From the NCBI GenBank assembly GCA_040290255.1, contig PSMU01000001.1, positions 328,699 to 392,698 on the forward strand: DNA of 64,000 bases, written 5' to 3'. Within the stretch, counting starts at the first letter, position 1. Each line of letters starts with the position of its first letter. The stretch comes from Nitrososphaerota archaeon. GTDB taxonomy: Archaea; Thermoproteota; Nitrososphaeria; PSMU01. The position numbers and the translations under genes were made by a program. The notes beneath the pieces were generated by a model that saw nothing but the letters and a program-made list of their open reading frames with translations, was not told the origin of the DNA and searched no databases. Of the stretch, positions 1 through 10,042 are shown piece after piece.

Positions 1-159
1 GGCGACTATGCGCTCTCCCTGCCCCCGAAGGAGCCGGAGGAGGAGGGGGCGCCGTTGGGCCAAGGCGAGCTCGAGGAGCTGCTGGCCCATGAGAGCCTGC
101 TGGAGCTGGAGGGGGGAGCGCTGGGCTACCACAGGGCGCTGGACCTCTATCCCTGGTGA
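1..159 (+). CDS. 3' end of unidentified gene entering from upstream of window (partial)
   Basis: Open frame from window edge to TGA at 157-159 (...GYHRALDLYPW*); no family recognisable. Confidence 0.25.
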   Translation, partial: GDYALSLPPKEPEEEGAPLGQGELEELLAHESLLELEGGALGYHRALDLYPW

Positions 160-1331
160 GCGTAGGCCCATATCCTCGCCAGGGCCGGCTCGAGGCCGCT
201 GTAATTGCCGACGCGGCGGGCCACCTCCTTGGCCCTCTCATGCAGGGGGCCCTTTAGCGCCCCGAGGATGGCTTCGCCCAGGGCCCCGGGCGTTAGCGTG
301 GCCTCGTGAAGCAGCTTGCCCACGCCCATGAGCTGCATCCTGCGCGCATTTCCTATCTGCTCGCTGTGCTTGCTGATGGGCACCACCACGCAGGGCTTGC
401 CGAGGCGAAGGCACCAGCTGAGCGTGTGATGGCCGCCCCTGCAGACGACGAGCTCGCTGAGGCGCATGAGGGCCTCTACATAGGGGCACCATTCCAGGTA
501 CCAGCCCCAGGGCATCCTCCTGGGCTCTTGGCTCCCGGCGGGCTCGGCGCCCACCACCACTACCCCCACCCTTCCGCGCAGCGCCTCGGCGGCCCTAAGG
601 TAGAGCGAAGTGAGCCGACGCCTGGAGGGGCCCGGGCCACCGGAGAGCAGCAGCACGAAGCCGCCCTCATTCAGGCCAAGCTCCCGGCGCGCCCTTTCCA
701 GGAGGCTTCCCTCGATCAGCAGCCCGTCGAGGATGGGTCCCACGAACTTAGCCCTCCTGAGGCTGATCGCGTTCACCACGTTCAGGTGCGATATCGTGTA
801 GGGCGGCGGATAATCGAGGATCAGCACTTCATCGGCGCGCGCTATGGCGAAGAGGCTGAGCGCCCCGAAGGCCTTTTCGGCCCACGAGAGCCTCTGCCTC
901 TCCGCCGAAGGAGGGGAGGAGAGCCACAGCTGGTTCCAGAGGGAGATGAGCGGCCTGCGAAGGGCCAGGGCGGAAGGATAGGGCGATAGCTTGCTGTCCG
1001 CCACGACCACGTCGGCGCGGGCTACGAGCCGGGCCTCGACGGCGACCTGGCGGGCGAAGAGCGGCGCGATGTCGGGCAGCTGCCTCACCGTCTTCTTCAT
1101 GGATACGTCTCCCGCCTCGCCCCAGCCCACATCGAGCACGGGGGAGGGGATGAGCAGGTCGACCAGCGGGCGCAGCAGCAGCGCGGCCTCGCCCGAGGCG
1201 GTGGCCGTAACAAGGGCCCCCTTCCTCTTCAGGCCTAAGATGAGGGCCGCGTCCCTCTTCGCGTGGCCGAGCCCCGTGCTGAAGACGGAAAAGTGGACCC
1301 TGACGCGCTTCAAATTTCGCCCGCGGGGCAA
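147..1331 (-). CDS. GT-B fold glycosyltransferase (GT1/GT28-like, MurG/UDP-glycosyltransferase type)
   Basis: N-terminal G-rich loop (FSTGLGHAKRD) and C-terminal CRGGHHT...SEQ..NA nucleotide-sugar binding motif typical of GT1/MurG-like enzymes. Confidence 0.65.
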   Translation of the reverse strand: MPRGRNLKRVRVHFSVFSTGLGHAKRDAALILGLKRKGALVTATASGEAALLLRPLVDLLIPSPVLDVGWGEAGDVSMKKTVRQLPDIAPLFARQVAVEARLVARADVVVADSKLSPYPSALALRRPLISLWNQLWLSSPPSAERQRLSWAEKAFGALSLFAIARADEVLILDYPPPYTISHLNVVNAISLRRAKFVGPILDGLLIEGSLLERARRELGLNEGGFVLLLSGGPGPSRRRLTSLYLRAAEALRGRVGVVVVGAEPAGSQEPRRMPWGWYLEWCPYVEALMRLSELVVCRGGHHTLSWCLRLGKPCVVVPISKHSEQIGNARRMQLMGVGKLLHEATLTPGALGEAILGALKGPLHERAKEVARRVGNYSGLEPALARIWAYAHQG

Positions 1332-1399
1332 GGGGGGCCGACGTTTAAGGCTGTCCCCGCGGCAAAAGCTTAATAGGCCACGAGCGCGCCGCGCAAGCG

Positions 1400-2362
1400 A
1401 TGATTTCGCTGGCCGGGCAGGTGCAGGAGGCGCGGGGCGTGAAGTTGGTGGAGCACGAGGGGCTGAAGAGGTGGACGGGCACCACGCTGGTGAAGCGCGG
1501 CTTCCCGGCCATGTGCAAGCATGGAGTCATCATGGATGTCACGAGCGTGGAGCAGGCCCAGATAGCGGAGGAGGCGGGGGCCGTGGCGGTGATGGTGCTC
1601 GATAAGCTGCCGTACGACGTGCGCAAGGCGGGGGGCGTGGCCAGGACGGCCAGCCTCAAGGTCATAGAGCAGATAATGGACCACATAACGATCCCCGTCT
1701 CGGCTAAGTGCAGGATCGGCCATGCCTACGAGGCCAGGCTGCTGGAGGAGCTGGGCGTGGACCTCATCGATGAGAGTGAGGTGCTAACGCCCGCCGACGA
1801 AGTTAACCACATCTGGAAGTGGGACTTCACGGTGCCCTTTGTCTGCGGCGCGAGGGACCTGGGCGAGGCGCTCAGGAGGATCCAGGAGGGGGCCAGCATG
1901 ATCAGGACGAAGGGCGAGCCCGGCACGGGCAATGTGGCGGAGGCCGTCAAGCACATGAGGCTCATCGGGAGGGAGCTCGCCCAGCTGCGTGGACTCTATG
2001 AGCTGGGCAAGATGGAGGAGCTGCTGGCGGTGGCCAGGGAGTACAGGATCTCGCCCGAGCTGACCATAGAGACGGCCAAGCTGGGCCGCCTGCCCGTCGT
2101 GAACTTCGCGGCAGGGGGGATCGCGACGCCGGCCGATGCGGCGCTGATGATGGCCCTGGGCGCGGATGGCATCTTCGTGGGCTCGGGCATCTTCAAGTCC
2201 GAGGACCCCATCGAGAGGGCCCGCGCCATCGTGATCGCCACGACCTACTGGGATGATCCCAAGACGGTGGCCGAGGCCCAGAAGATGGTCGATGAGAAAA
2301 AGTCCATGGCGGGAATAGCCGGCCCCGAGCTGGACCTGCGCATGCAGGAGAGGGGCACCTAG
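1400..2362 (+). CDS. pdxS: pyridoxal 5'-phosphate synthase lyase subunit PdxS
   Basis: Full-length similarity to PdxS/SNZ family (GVIMDV..., [35 protein letters not shown] motifs); start codon uncertain. Confidence 0.9.
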   Translation: MISLAGQVQEARGVKLVEHEGLKRWTGTTLVKRGFPAMCKHGVIMDVTSVEQAQIAEEAGAVAVMVLDKLPYDVRKAGGVARTASLKVIEQIMDHITIPVSAKCRIGHAYEARLLEELGVDLIDESEVLTPADEVNHIWKWDFTVPFVCGARDLGEALRRIQEGASMIRTKGEPGTGNVAEAVKHMRLIGRELAQLRGLYELGKMEELLAVAREYRISPELTIETAKLGRLPVVNFAAGGIATPADAALMMALGADGIFVGSGIFKSEDPIERARAIVIATTYWDDPKTVAEAQKMVDEKKSMAGIAGPELDLRMQERGT

Positions 2363-2363
2363 C

Positions 2364-2606
2364 CTACAGCTCTTCTTCCAGCCTAACGTACAGGATGTTA
2401 TTTCCCCTTATGACCACATGGCCCAGGTTGGCCAGGGGCCCCCTCGTGCCCTCCTCCTCCGCCTCCACCAGGTATAGGTTCATGTAGTCATCCGCCTTGA
2501 GCAGGCGGCCCCTGTACACCGTGTTGCTCTTCAGCTTGACCTCCACCCTCCTGTTGAGGCTCTTGTAGAGCAGCTGCAGCGGCTTCCTCATGTTGAGCGC
2601 GGGCAC
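2364..2606 (-). CDS. archaeal Sm-like protein (SmAP/LSm)
   Basis: 80 aa; KPLQLL...VEVKLKSN..YRGRL...DDYMNLYLVEAEE Sm1/Sm2 fold signature. Confidence 0.8.
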   Translation of the reverse strand: MPALNMRKPLQLLYKSLNRRVEVKLKSNTVYRGRLLKADDYMNLYLVEAEEEGTRGPLANLGHVVIRGNNILYVRLEEEL

Positions 2607-2658
2607 GAGCGGGGCTGCGGATGGCTGAGGTTAAAAAGCTACCGCCGAAGGTGGCCAG

Positions 2659-3513
2659 GTGGCCGGCGAGGAGAGGCTGAGGGAGCTCGCCAAGAGGGCC
2701 GGGATCCCCTCGCTCCTGGACCTGGCGCTCATGCCCGACGCGCTGCTGCGCGAGCAGGGGCTGACGGAAGAGGAGGTCCGCGAGCTCCGCGCCCTGCTCC
2801 GCGAGCGCCATGGGAAGGCGCTCGAGCCCCTGGAGCCGGCCCGCGCGCCGCCCAGGTTGGCGACGGGCTGCGCGCCCATCGACGGGCTGCTCGGCGGGGG
2901 CTTCCCGCGGGGCGAGCTGCTGGGGATCGTGGGCGAGAGGGGGGTGGGCAAGACGACGCTGGCCCTCCAGGCCGCGGCGCTGGAACTGGCGCGGGGGCCG
3001 CGGCGGCTCGTCGCTTACATCTACTCCTCGGGCGGCTTCAGGGCCGAGAGGCTCGCCCAGCTCATCTCCGCGCGCCGGCTCGGCGAGCCGAGGGAGCTGC
3101 TCGAGAGGCTTCTGGTGCTGAGGGCCCAGCAGGCCTGGCAGCTCTTCGCCGCGCTGGAGAGGCTCAGGCGCCTCTCCAACGGAGAGCTGCCGCTCGTAAT
3201 AGCCGACGAAGTGCACGGCTGCCTTGAGGCCGGCCCGGGGCTCGCGCCCTCGCCCATGGCTCAGCACGCCCTGCTGCTGGACTTCGTGGGCGAGCTCAGG
3301 AGGCTCTGCTCCTCGCTGGGCAGCTGCGGGCTGCTCATCGTGCCGCTCGTGCTGGACGAGAGGCTAGGCCAGAGAAAGCCTGCCGGTTATCGCTTCTCGT
3401 TCCCGCTTTATGGCTATCTTCTGCTGGAAAGGAGGGGCAGGGCCTTTCGGGCGCGCTGCTCGCTCACGCGGCAAGTGGCGCCCTACGAAATAGGGGAGGA
3501 GGGCCTAAAGTAG
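2659..3513 (+). CDS. RecA/RadA-family ATPase paralog (RadB-like)
   Basis: ATGC.PIDGLLGGGFPRGELLGIVGERGVGKTTLALQ Walker A region characteristic of RadA/RadB; short N-terminal HhH-like segment; shorter than bona fide RadA. Confidence 0.55.
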   Translation: MAGEERLRELAKRAGIPSLLDLALMPDALLREQGLTEEEVRELRALLRERHGKALEPLEPARAPPRLATGCAPIDGLLGGGFPRGELLGIVGERGVGKTTLALQAAALELARGPRRLVAYIYSSGGFRAERLAQLISARRLGEPRELLERLLVLRAQQAWQLFAALERLRRLSNGELPLVIADEVHGCLEAGPGLAPSPMAQHALLLDFVGELRRLCSSLGSCGLLIVPLVLDERLGQRKPAGYRFSFPLYGYLLLERRGRAFRARCSLTRQVAPYEIGEEGLK

Positions 3514-3780
3514 GGTGGAAAGCACTATGAGCGTGAAGAGCCAGGCCACCACGTAGGTGCCCGCGCCCTCGCTAAACCACCTGTTCCTCTCCTCCTGCGG
3601 GAGGTCCCGCGCCAGGATGAACCGGGCCAGGTAGTAGGTGAGCAGATAGCCCGCGAGGATCAAGGGGAGCGAGAGGTAGGCCAGCCCCTCTCCGCCCATG
3701 GCCACGATAAGGAAGGAGAGGAGGCCCATGGCCGCCCCGGCCGCGGCCCTGAGCCAGAAGATCCTATCCCTGGGCTTCAC
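3505..3780 (-). CDS. small hydrophobic membrane protein (hypothetical)
   Basis: 91 aa, three predicted TM segments; convergent with upstream gene; no family assignment. Confidence 0.3.
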   Translation of the reverse strand: MKPRDRIFWLRAAAGAAMGLLSFLIVAMGGEGLAYLSLPLILAGYLLTYYLARFILARDLPQEERNRWFSEGAGTYVVAWLFTLIVLSTLL

Positions 3781-3831
3781 GAGGCGGCCCCCGCCCTAAC
3801 TTTTATTAAGCTATGTCCCCGACGGCGCCCC

Positions 3832-4401
3832 ATGGCGGCGCTGGAGCGCACCAAGATCCTCGTTAGGGAGGTGATGAACAGCCCACCCATCACGCTCAAG
3901 GTGGGCTCCAGCGCGCTCGAGGCGGCCCGGCTGATGAAGAACATGCAGGTGGGCAGCGTCATCATCGTGAGAAGCGAAAGGCCCGTGGGCGTCGTGACGG
4001 ACAAGGACCTGGTAACGAAGGTGCTGGCCGAGGGCCGGGACCCGGGCAGCGTGCGCGTGGAGGAGATCATGTCCACCCCCCTGCCCACGATAGAGGCGGA
4101 CCGCGACATCCTGGAGGCGGCCAAGCTGCTCAGGGAGAAGGGCGTGAAGAGGCTGGGCGTGACGAGCAGGGGGCGGCTGCAGGGGGTCATCACCATGACC
4201 GATATACTGCTCGTCATGCCCGAGCTGGTCGAGATCGTGTCTGAGAAGTCGATGCTCAAGAGAACAGGGAGGGAGAGGGCGCCGGGCTACGTCACCGGCT
4301 ACTGCGACCGCTGCGAAACCTGGTCGGACTACCTCCTGGAGGTCGACGGCGAGTACCTCTGCGAGGAGTGCAGGCGTGAGGCCCCCACGCCCGAGGGCTG
4401 A
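3832..4401 (+). CDS. CBS-domain pair protein with C-terminal zinc ribbon
   Basis: Two CBS repeats (VREVM...PITL.., GVVTDKDLV; VEEIMSTP...GVITMTDIL) plus CDRC...CEEC. Confidence 0.7.
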   Translation: MAALERTKILVREVMNSPPITLKVGSSALEAARLMKNMQVGSVIIVRSERPVGVVTDKDLVTKVLAEGRDPGSVRVEEIMSTPLPTIEADRDILEAAKLLREKGVKRLGVTSRGRLQGVITMTDILLVMPELVEIVSEKSMLKRTGRERAPGYVTGYCDRCETWSDYLLEVDGEYLCEECRREAPTPEG

Positions 4402-4410
4402 GCCGCCAGC

Positions 4411-5757
4411 TTGCCGGGCCCGCGCCTGCTCATAAGGAACGCCCGCAGGCTTCTTCCCGATGGCGGCCTGGAGACCTGCCATCTTCTCTCGAACGAGCAG
4501 GGCCTGATCGAGTACATAGGGAGGCAGGAGCCTCCAGCCCAGGGGGAGGTGCTCGAGGCCGGCGGCCGCCTGCTGGTGCCGGGGCTCGTGGACGCGCACG
4601 TGCACCTAAGGGACTGGGGCGAGGCGCACAAGGAGGACCTTTCGACCGGCACGAAGGCGGCACTGGCCGGCGGCTTCACGACGGTGGCGGAGATGCCCAA
4701 CACGAAGCCCCCCATCACGGCCGCAGCGCTGCTGGAGCGGCGGTTCAGGGATATCAGGCAGAGGGCCTACTGCCACGTGGGCGTCTGGAGCTCCCCCTCC
4801 TCGCCCGCCGCCGCCGCCGAGCTGGCCGCGCTGGGCACGCTGGGCTTTAAGCTCTACCTGCACAGGCCGCTGGATGGCGCCGACTACAGCAGGCAAGAGG
4901 CCCTTGCCCCCCTCTTCGAGCAGGCCGCGCGCCTGGGCCTGCCGGTGGTGGTGCACGCGGAGCTGAGCTCGCTTCTGCGCCCGCTGGGAGAGGCCTACGA
5001 TGCCCACGAGCACGCCAGGGCCCATCCTCCCGAGGCCGAGCTTGAGGCGGTGCGCTCCGTGCTGGAGCTGAGCGCCCGCACGGGGACCAGGCTTCACATA
5101 GCGCACGTGAGCTTGGCGGGCTCCCTTCGTCTCATTCAAAGGGCCAGGGCGGAGGGGCGCGCGGTGAGCTGCGAGGCGACGCCCCACCACCTGCTGCTCA
5201 GCGCGCGGGAGCTGGGCCGCCTGGGCCGCCTGGGCATCGTGGAGCCGCCGCTGAGGCAGGCCAGGGATGCGGCCTCGCTGAGGAGGGGGTTGAAGAGCGG
5301 CCTCGTGCAGGTGATAGCCTCCGATCACGCGCCCCATGCCCTGGATGAAAAGGCCTCCCCCCGCCCCCCGCCGGGTTTTCCCGGGCTCGAGGTGGTGGTG
5401 CCCGTGCTCTTCACGTGGGCCAAGAGGGGGCTGCTGGGGCTGGGCGAAGTGATCCAGGCGCTCACCAGGTCGCCCTGCGCCCTCTTGGGCTTAAACGATA
5501 GGGGGGAGCTGAGGCAGGGGCTGAGGTGCGACCTCGCGCTCATCGACCTTAAGGCCGAGGGGATCCTGGACCCCTCGCGCTTCCTCTCGAAGGCAAAGTA
5601 CTCGCCCTTTTCGGGCTTTAAGTATGAGGCGGCGGTCCATGCGACGATCATAGGCGGAAAGGTCGCATATATAGAGGGGGAGGTGCTGGAGAGGCTGGGC
5701 GATGTCGTCAGGGGCCCCCTCGCTGCTCGTGGATTCCATGCTGGGGAGCCTGGCTAG
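4411..5757 (+). CDS. pyrC: dihydroorotase (cyclic amidohydrolase family)
   Basis: GLVDAHVHLRDWG metal-binding motif, HIAHVS, ASDHAPH; length about 440 aa consistent with type I DHOase/allantoinase family. Confidence 0.75.
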   Translation: MPGPRLLIRNARRLLPDGGLETCHLLSNEQGLIEYIGRQEPPAQGEVLEAGGRLLVPGLVDAHVHLRDWGEAHKEDLSTGTKAALAGGFTTVAEMPNTKPPITAAALLERRFRDIRQRAYCHVGVWSSPSSPAAAAELAALGTLGFKLYLHRPLDGADYSRQEALAPLFEQAARLGLPVVVHAELSSLLRPLGEAYDAHEHARAHPPEAELEAVRSVLELSARTGTRLHIAHVSLAGSLRLIQRARAEGRAVSCEATPHHLLLSARELGRLGRLGIVEPPLRQARDAASLRRGLKSGLVQVIASDHAPHALDEKASPRPPPGFPGLEVVVPVLFTWAKRGLLGLGEVIQALTRSPCALLGLNDRGELRQGLRCDLALIDLKAEGILDPSRFLSKAKYSPFSGFKYEAAVHATIIGGKVAYIEGEVLERLGDVVRGPLAARGFHAGEPG

Positions 5758-6214
5758 GAAGCTGAGGCTCTACGGGCTAGATGCCGAATACGAGCCCAGG
5801 GCCTCGGACCAGGAGCTGCTCTCGAGGGCGAGGGACGAGGGGAGGGTGCTCATCAGCTCGGACAGGGCGCTCGTCGCGCGAGCGAAGCGGCTGGGGGTTG
5901 CGGCCCTGCTCGTCGAGGCGGGAGGGGATGCGGAGGCCCTCGCCCAGGTCTTCCTGGGCCTGGGCCTTAGGCCCGAGGGCCTCTCGCCCGATAGGGCGCG
6001 CTGCTCGCGCTGCAACGGGGAGGTGGCCAGGGCCTCCAAGCGGAGCGTCAGGAACAAGGTGGCTCCGCGCACCTTCTCGGCCTACTCGGCCTTTTACATC
6101 TGCCGGAGGTGCGGCAAGGTCTACTGGGAGGGCGCGCACTGGAGGCGGATCCTGGCGCTGCACGGCCGCGTGCTAAAGCTCCTGGCCGCCGCTCGTTCAC
6201 GGCCCACCCTCTGA
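5738..6214 (+). CDS. Mut7-C/DUF82 PIN-like RNase domain protein with C-terminal zinc ribbon
   Basis: MLGSLARKLRLYGLD N-terminus typical of Mut7-C (PF01927) and CSRCNG...CRRCGKVYWEGAHW zinc ribbon; start taken at internal Met. Confidence 0.5.
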   Translation: MLGSLARKLRLYGLDAEYEPRASDQELLSRARDEGRVLISSDRALVARAKRLGVAALLVEAGGDAEALAQVFLGLGLRPEGLSPDRARCSRCNGEVARASKRSVRNKVAPRTFSAYSAFYICRRCGKVYWEGAHWRRILALHGRVLKLLAAARSRPTL

Positions 6215-6258
6215 GCGGGGTTTAAAACTTAATAATAAACCCAAGCCGGCCTCATCAA

Positions 6259-7503
6259 ATGGAGTCGTACGCCAAGGACTTCATAGCCTTGGAGCGACTT
6301 CATTCGCCTCCCGTGTGGGAGAGGCACATCGAGATCGTCGAGAGGAAGGGCAAGGGCCACCCCGACACGCTCATCGACTGCCTCGCGGAGGATGCCTCGC
6401 TCGCGCTGGCCAACTACTACTATAAAACCTACGGCAGGCTCCTCCACTACAACCTGGACAAGGGCATCATCGTCGGAGGGCGCTCGGCCCCCAGGTTTGG
6501 GGGCGGGGAGGTGCTGGAGCCCATCTATATCCTCCTGGCCGGGCGGGCGACGAGCAGCGTGGCGGTGGAGGGGAGGCAGGAGTTCATCCCCGTGGTGCCC
6601 CTGGTGCTGGGGGAGGCCAGGCGGTCCCTCAGCAGGCTGCTTCGCTTCCTAGACCCCGACAGGCACGTGGTCGTGGACTGCAAGGTAAAGCAGGGCTCCG
6701 GGGAGCTGATCAAGCTGGTGGGCGAGGGCAAGCTGGGCGCGGGGCCCGGCGTCCTGGCGAACGACAGCTCTCTGGGCGTGGGCTTCGCCCCGCTCAGCCC
6801 CCTGGAGGGGCTCGTGCTCAACGTGGAGAGGCACCTTAATTCAGAGGCGTATAAGCGCGTGCATCCTGAGGTGGGCGAGGACGTTAAGGTGATCGCGGTC
6901 CGGAGGGGGGATCAGGTGGAGCTCACGGTGGCCGCGGCCATGATCAGCCACCTCGTGAAGGACCGCGCACATTACAGGAGGATAAAGCAGGAGGTGGCCG
7001 AGGAGGTGCAGCAGCTGGCCCAGGGGCTGCTCCCCCAGGGCTACTCGCTGAAGGTGAACATAAACGCCGCGGACAGGGAGGAGGAGGGCTACTGCTACAT
7101 CACCGTGACGGGCACCTCGGCGGAAATGGGCGATGATGGAAACACGGGCAGGGGCAACAAGGCGAACGGGCTCATCACGCCCATGCGGGAGCAGTCGATG
7201 GAGGCCGTGGCGGGGAAGAACGCGCTGAACCATAGCGGGAAGCTCTTCAACCTCCTCGCGCAGCGCATGGCCGAAGAGGTCTGCCAGATCTCCGGCATAA
7301 GGGAGGCCTACGTGAGGCTCGTGAGCAAGATAGGCCATCCGCTGAAGAGGCCCCTGCTGGCCAGCGTGGGCCTCGTGCTGGAGCCGAGCGTCACCCTCGC
7401 TTCGGTGAGCGAGAGGGTGGAGAACGCCGTGCTGGCCAAGCTGGAGGAGCTGCCCCTGCTCACGCAGGAGCTCCTAAGCGGGCGCCTGCGCGCCGTCTGC
7501 TAG
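6259..7503 (+). CDS. mat: archaeal-type S-adenosylmethionine synthetase
   Basis: N-terminal ...KGKGHPDTLIDCLAED... and overall 414-aa architecture of archaeal MAT (PF01941); TATA-like tttaaaacttaataataaa upstream. Confidence 0.9.
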   Translation: MESYAKDFIALERLHSPPVWERHIEIVERKGKGHPDTLIDCLAEDASLALANYYYKTYGRLLHYNLDKGIIVGGRSAPRFGGGEVLEPIYILLAGRATSSVAVEGRQEFIPVVPLVLGEARRSLSRLLRFLDPDRHVVVDCKVKQGSGELIKLVGEGKLGAGPGVLANDSSLGVGFAPLSPLEGLVLNVERHLNSEAYKRVHPEVGEDVKVIAVRRGDQVELTVAAAMISHLVKDRAHYRRIKQEVAEEVQQLAQGLLPQGYSLKVNINAADREEEGYCYITVTGTSAEMGDDGNTGRGNKANGLITPMREQSMEAVAGKNALNHSGKLFNLLAQRMAEEVCQISGIREAYVRLVSKIGHPLKRPLLASVGLVLEPSVTLASVSERVENAVLAKLEELPLLTQELLSGRLRAVC

Positions 7504-8364
7504 CACATACGAGAGCGCCTCGGCCTCGCCGAGCTCCACTCCGAACCTCCTCCTGAAGAAGAGCAATATGTTCCTCACGTCCCTGCGGAGCAGCGCCAGG
7601 GCGTTGGGATGGCTGGAGGGCAGCGCCTGGGGCCAGTCGATGATCCAGCAGCCGCCGCTCCTGTCGCAGAGCACGTTGAAGGGGCTCAGGTCCGCGTTCA
7701 CCAGGCCCCCGCGATATGCCCTGCCTATCTGCTCCAGCAGCTGCCTGAGCATGAGCGCCGGGTCCGGCAGCTCCCTGACGCGCCAGAGCAGGTCGCCCTC
7801 CACCCTCTCGGCCACCACGGCGTGGAGCCTTCTGGCCACGGGCCTGGGCACCCTCACGCCCAGCGAGTAGGCCCTCTTGGCGTTCCTGAACTCCCTGGCG
7901 GCCGCCTCGATGCTGATGCGCAGCCACCCGCCCGCCTCGCCCGGGCCCACGTAGGCCCTCTTCCTCCTCACATCCCTGAAGCTCACCCTCCCTATCCTGT
8001 AGAGCTTTAGCGAGAGCGCCTCCCCCTTTTCGCCCAGGGCCTCGTACACGTCCGCCTCCTTGCCCATGCCCAGGGCCCGGCCCAGCGAGGTGATGATGCC
8101 CGCCTCCCTCAGCTCCTTAAGCGCGAGCGCATCGAGCCCCCTGCTCAGCAGCACGTAACCTCCCCTCAGCCTCGCGATATAGCGCCTTCTGTGCAACCGG
8201 CCCAGCTCCTCCTTCACCTTGGAGGGGCTGAGCCCCGTCAGGGCCACCAGCTCCCTTGTGCTTAGCGCCTCTCGCGCCCTCAGGGACCTTGCCCAGGCCT
8301 TCAGCAGCAGAAGCTGCTCTCGCCCCAGGCCTCCTAGCCCGGCGAAGAGCTCATGAAGCGACAA
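7474..8364 (-). CDS. rio2: RIO2-type serine/threonine kinase (N-terminal winged helix + RIO domain)
   Basis: N-terminal wHTH followed by RIO kinase motifs (EADVY, LKLYRIG..SFR, VNADLSPFNVL); 296 aa. Confidence 0.8.
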   Translation of the reverse strand: MSLHELFAGLGGLGREQLLLLKAWARSLRAREALSTRELVALTGLSPSKVKEELGRLHRRRYIARLRGGYVLLSRGLDALALKELREAGIITSLGRALGMGKEADVYEALGEKGEALSLKLYRIGRVSFRDVRRKRAYVGPGEAGGWLRISIEAAAREFRNAKRAYSLGVRVPRPVARRLHAVVAERVEGDLLWRVRELPDPALMLRQLLEQIGRAYRGGLVNADLSPFNVLCDRSGGCWIIDWPQALPSSHPNALALLRRDVRNILLFFRRRFGVELGEAEALSYVLADGAQAPA

Positions 8365-8370
8365 CCTGCC

Positions 8371-10002
8371 CTAGCGGGCCAGGCTGGGGGCCGTCAGCGG
8401 CAGGACCTGCCCCGTCCTCCTCCTCCAGGCCTCCCTGACGAGCCAGAGGTAGGCCGGCTCGGGGCTGAGGGCCTTGCTCGAGAACTCCGGATGGAACTGC
8501 GTCGCGAGGAAGGGCCTTCCCCTGAGCTCCGCGATCTCCACCCTCCTGCCATCCTCGCTGAGGCCCGAGAAGACCACGCCGGCCCGCTCGAAGGCCTCGC
8601 GGTAGCTCAGGTTCACCTCGTAGCGATGGCGGTGGCGGCGCCTTATGGTCGTGCTGCCGTAGATGGCATGGGCCAGCGTGCCCTCGAGGATCCTGACCAC
8701 GTGCGCGCCCAGCCTCATGCTGCCGCCCATCCTCTCCACCCCCCTCTGCTCGGGAAGGAGGTCGATCACGGGATGTGGCGTCTTAGGGTCGAGCTCCGTG
8801 GAGTTGGCCTCGGTCAGCCCCAGGTAGCTTCTCGCTATGGCGACCAGGCCCAGCTGAAAGCCGAAGCAGAGGCCCAAATAGGGAAGCCCCTCGCTGAGCG
8901 CGCGCTGGGCGGCCCTTATTATTCCCTCGCTTCCCCTCCTATCAAAGCCTCCGGGCACCACGACGGCATCATGGCCCTCCAGCAGGCCCGCCGCGGCCCC
9001 CTCCTCAAACCTCTCGGAGGGCAGCAGGTCGACCTGCACCTTCAGGCCGTAGTGCAGGCCCGCATGCTCCAGCGCATGTAGTACGCTCACATACGTATCC
9101 CTGGTGGCGGCATATTTGCCCACGAGCGCGATCCTGACCTCCCCCTGCGGCCTCAGGCAGGCCTCCATGAGCCTCTGCCACTCGCCCCAGGCAAGGGGCC
9201 TCTCTTCGAGCTCCAGCTTCCTGCTGATGACGCGGTGCAGGCCCTCCTCGGCCAGCACCTTGGGCAAGAGATAGACCGAGGGAAGGTCCGGGCTCGAGAT
9301 GACGGCCTCCTGCTCCACGTTCGTGAAGAGGCTGATCTTGGCCTTCGCCTCCCTGCTCAGGTAGCTCTTGGAGCGCACGATGATCACGTCGGGCTGTATG
9401 CCTATCCTCCTGAGCTCCTGCACGCTGTGCTGGGTGGGCTTGGTCTTCTGCTCGCCTCCCGCCTCCGGGGCGAGCGTGACGTGAACGAAGAGCGTGTTCT
9501 TGGCGCCCTCCTCCAGCCTCAGCTGCCTAAAGCTCTCCAGGTAGGGCAGGCCCTCGATGTCGCCTACGGTGCCGCCGCACTCCACGAGCAGGACCTCGGC
9601 GCCCGTCCTAGAGGCCAGCTCCCTGATCCTGCGCTTCACCTCGTCGGTGATGTGGGGGATTATCTGCACGCACTTGCCCAAGTACTCTCCCCTCCTCTCC
9701 CCCTCGATGACGCTCAGGTAGACCTGGCCGGTCGTGATGTTGGCCTCCTTGCTGAGGTCGAGGCCAAGGAACCTCTCATAGGTGCCTATGTCCATATCGC
9801 ATTCGCCCCCGTCCTCGGTCACAAAGACCTCGCCGTGCACATAGGGGTTCATGGTGCCGGCGTCCACGTTCAGGTACGGATCTATCTTCGCACATGAGAC
9901 GTTATAGCCCATGAGCTGAATGAGCTTAGCCGTCGAGGCGGTCACAACCCCCTTGCCCAGCCCCGACATCACTCCGCCAGTTACGAAGATGAACTTCCGC
10001 AT
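8371..10002 (-). CDS. pyrG: CTP synthase
   Basis: 543 aa, [19 protein letters not shown]-terminus, glutamine amidotransferase domain with GLCFGFQ catalytic Cys motif. Confidence 0.95.
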   Translation of the reverse strand: MRKFIFVTGGVMSGLGKGVVTASTAKLIQLMGYNVSCAKIDPYLNVDAGTMNPYVHGEVFVTEDGGECDMDIGTYERFLGLDLSKEANITTGQVYLSVIEGERRGEYLGKCVQIIPHITDEVKRRIRELASRTGAEVLLVECGGTVGDIEGLPYLESFRQLRLEEGAKNTLFVHVTLAPEAGGEQKTKPTQHSVQELRRIGIQPDVIIVRSKSYLSREAKAKISLFTNVEQEAVISSPDLPSVYLLPKVLAEEGLHRVISRKLELEERPLAWGEWQRLMEACLRPQGEVRIALVGKYAATRDTYVSVLHALEHAGLHYGLKVQVDLLPSERFEEGAAAGLLEGHDAVVVPGGFDRRGSEGIIRAAQRALSEGLPYLGLCFGFQLGLVAIARSYLGLTEANSTELDPKTPHPVIDLLPEQRGVERMGGSMRLGAHVVRILEGTLAHAIYGSTTIRRRHRHRYEVNLSYREAFERAGVVFSGLSEDGRRVEIAELRGRPFLATQFHPEFSSKALSPEPAYLWLVREAWRRRTGQVLPLTAPSLAR

Positions 10003-10042
10003 GGCCAGCTCCTCGCTCCTGCCTAAATTAACTTTACGCGCC

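Noticed and set aside
8-331. 107-aa plus-strand ORF at window start and 306-989 plus ORF
   Set aside because: Overlap the glycosyltransferase gene on the opposite strand; Arg/Pro/Gly-rich composition typical of GC-rich shadow frames. Only the short in-frame tail 1-159 was kept as a possible 3' gene end.
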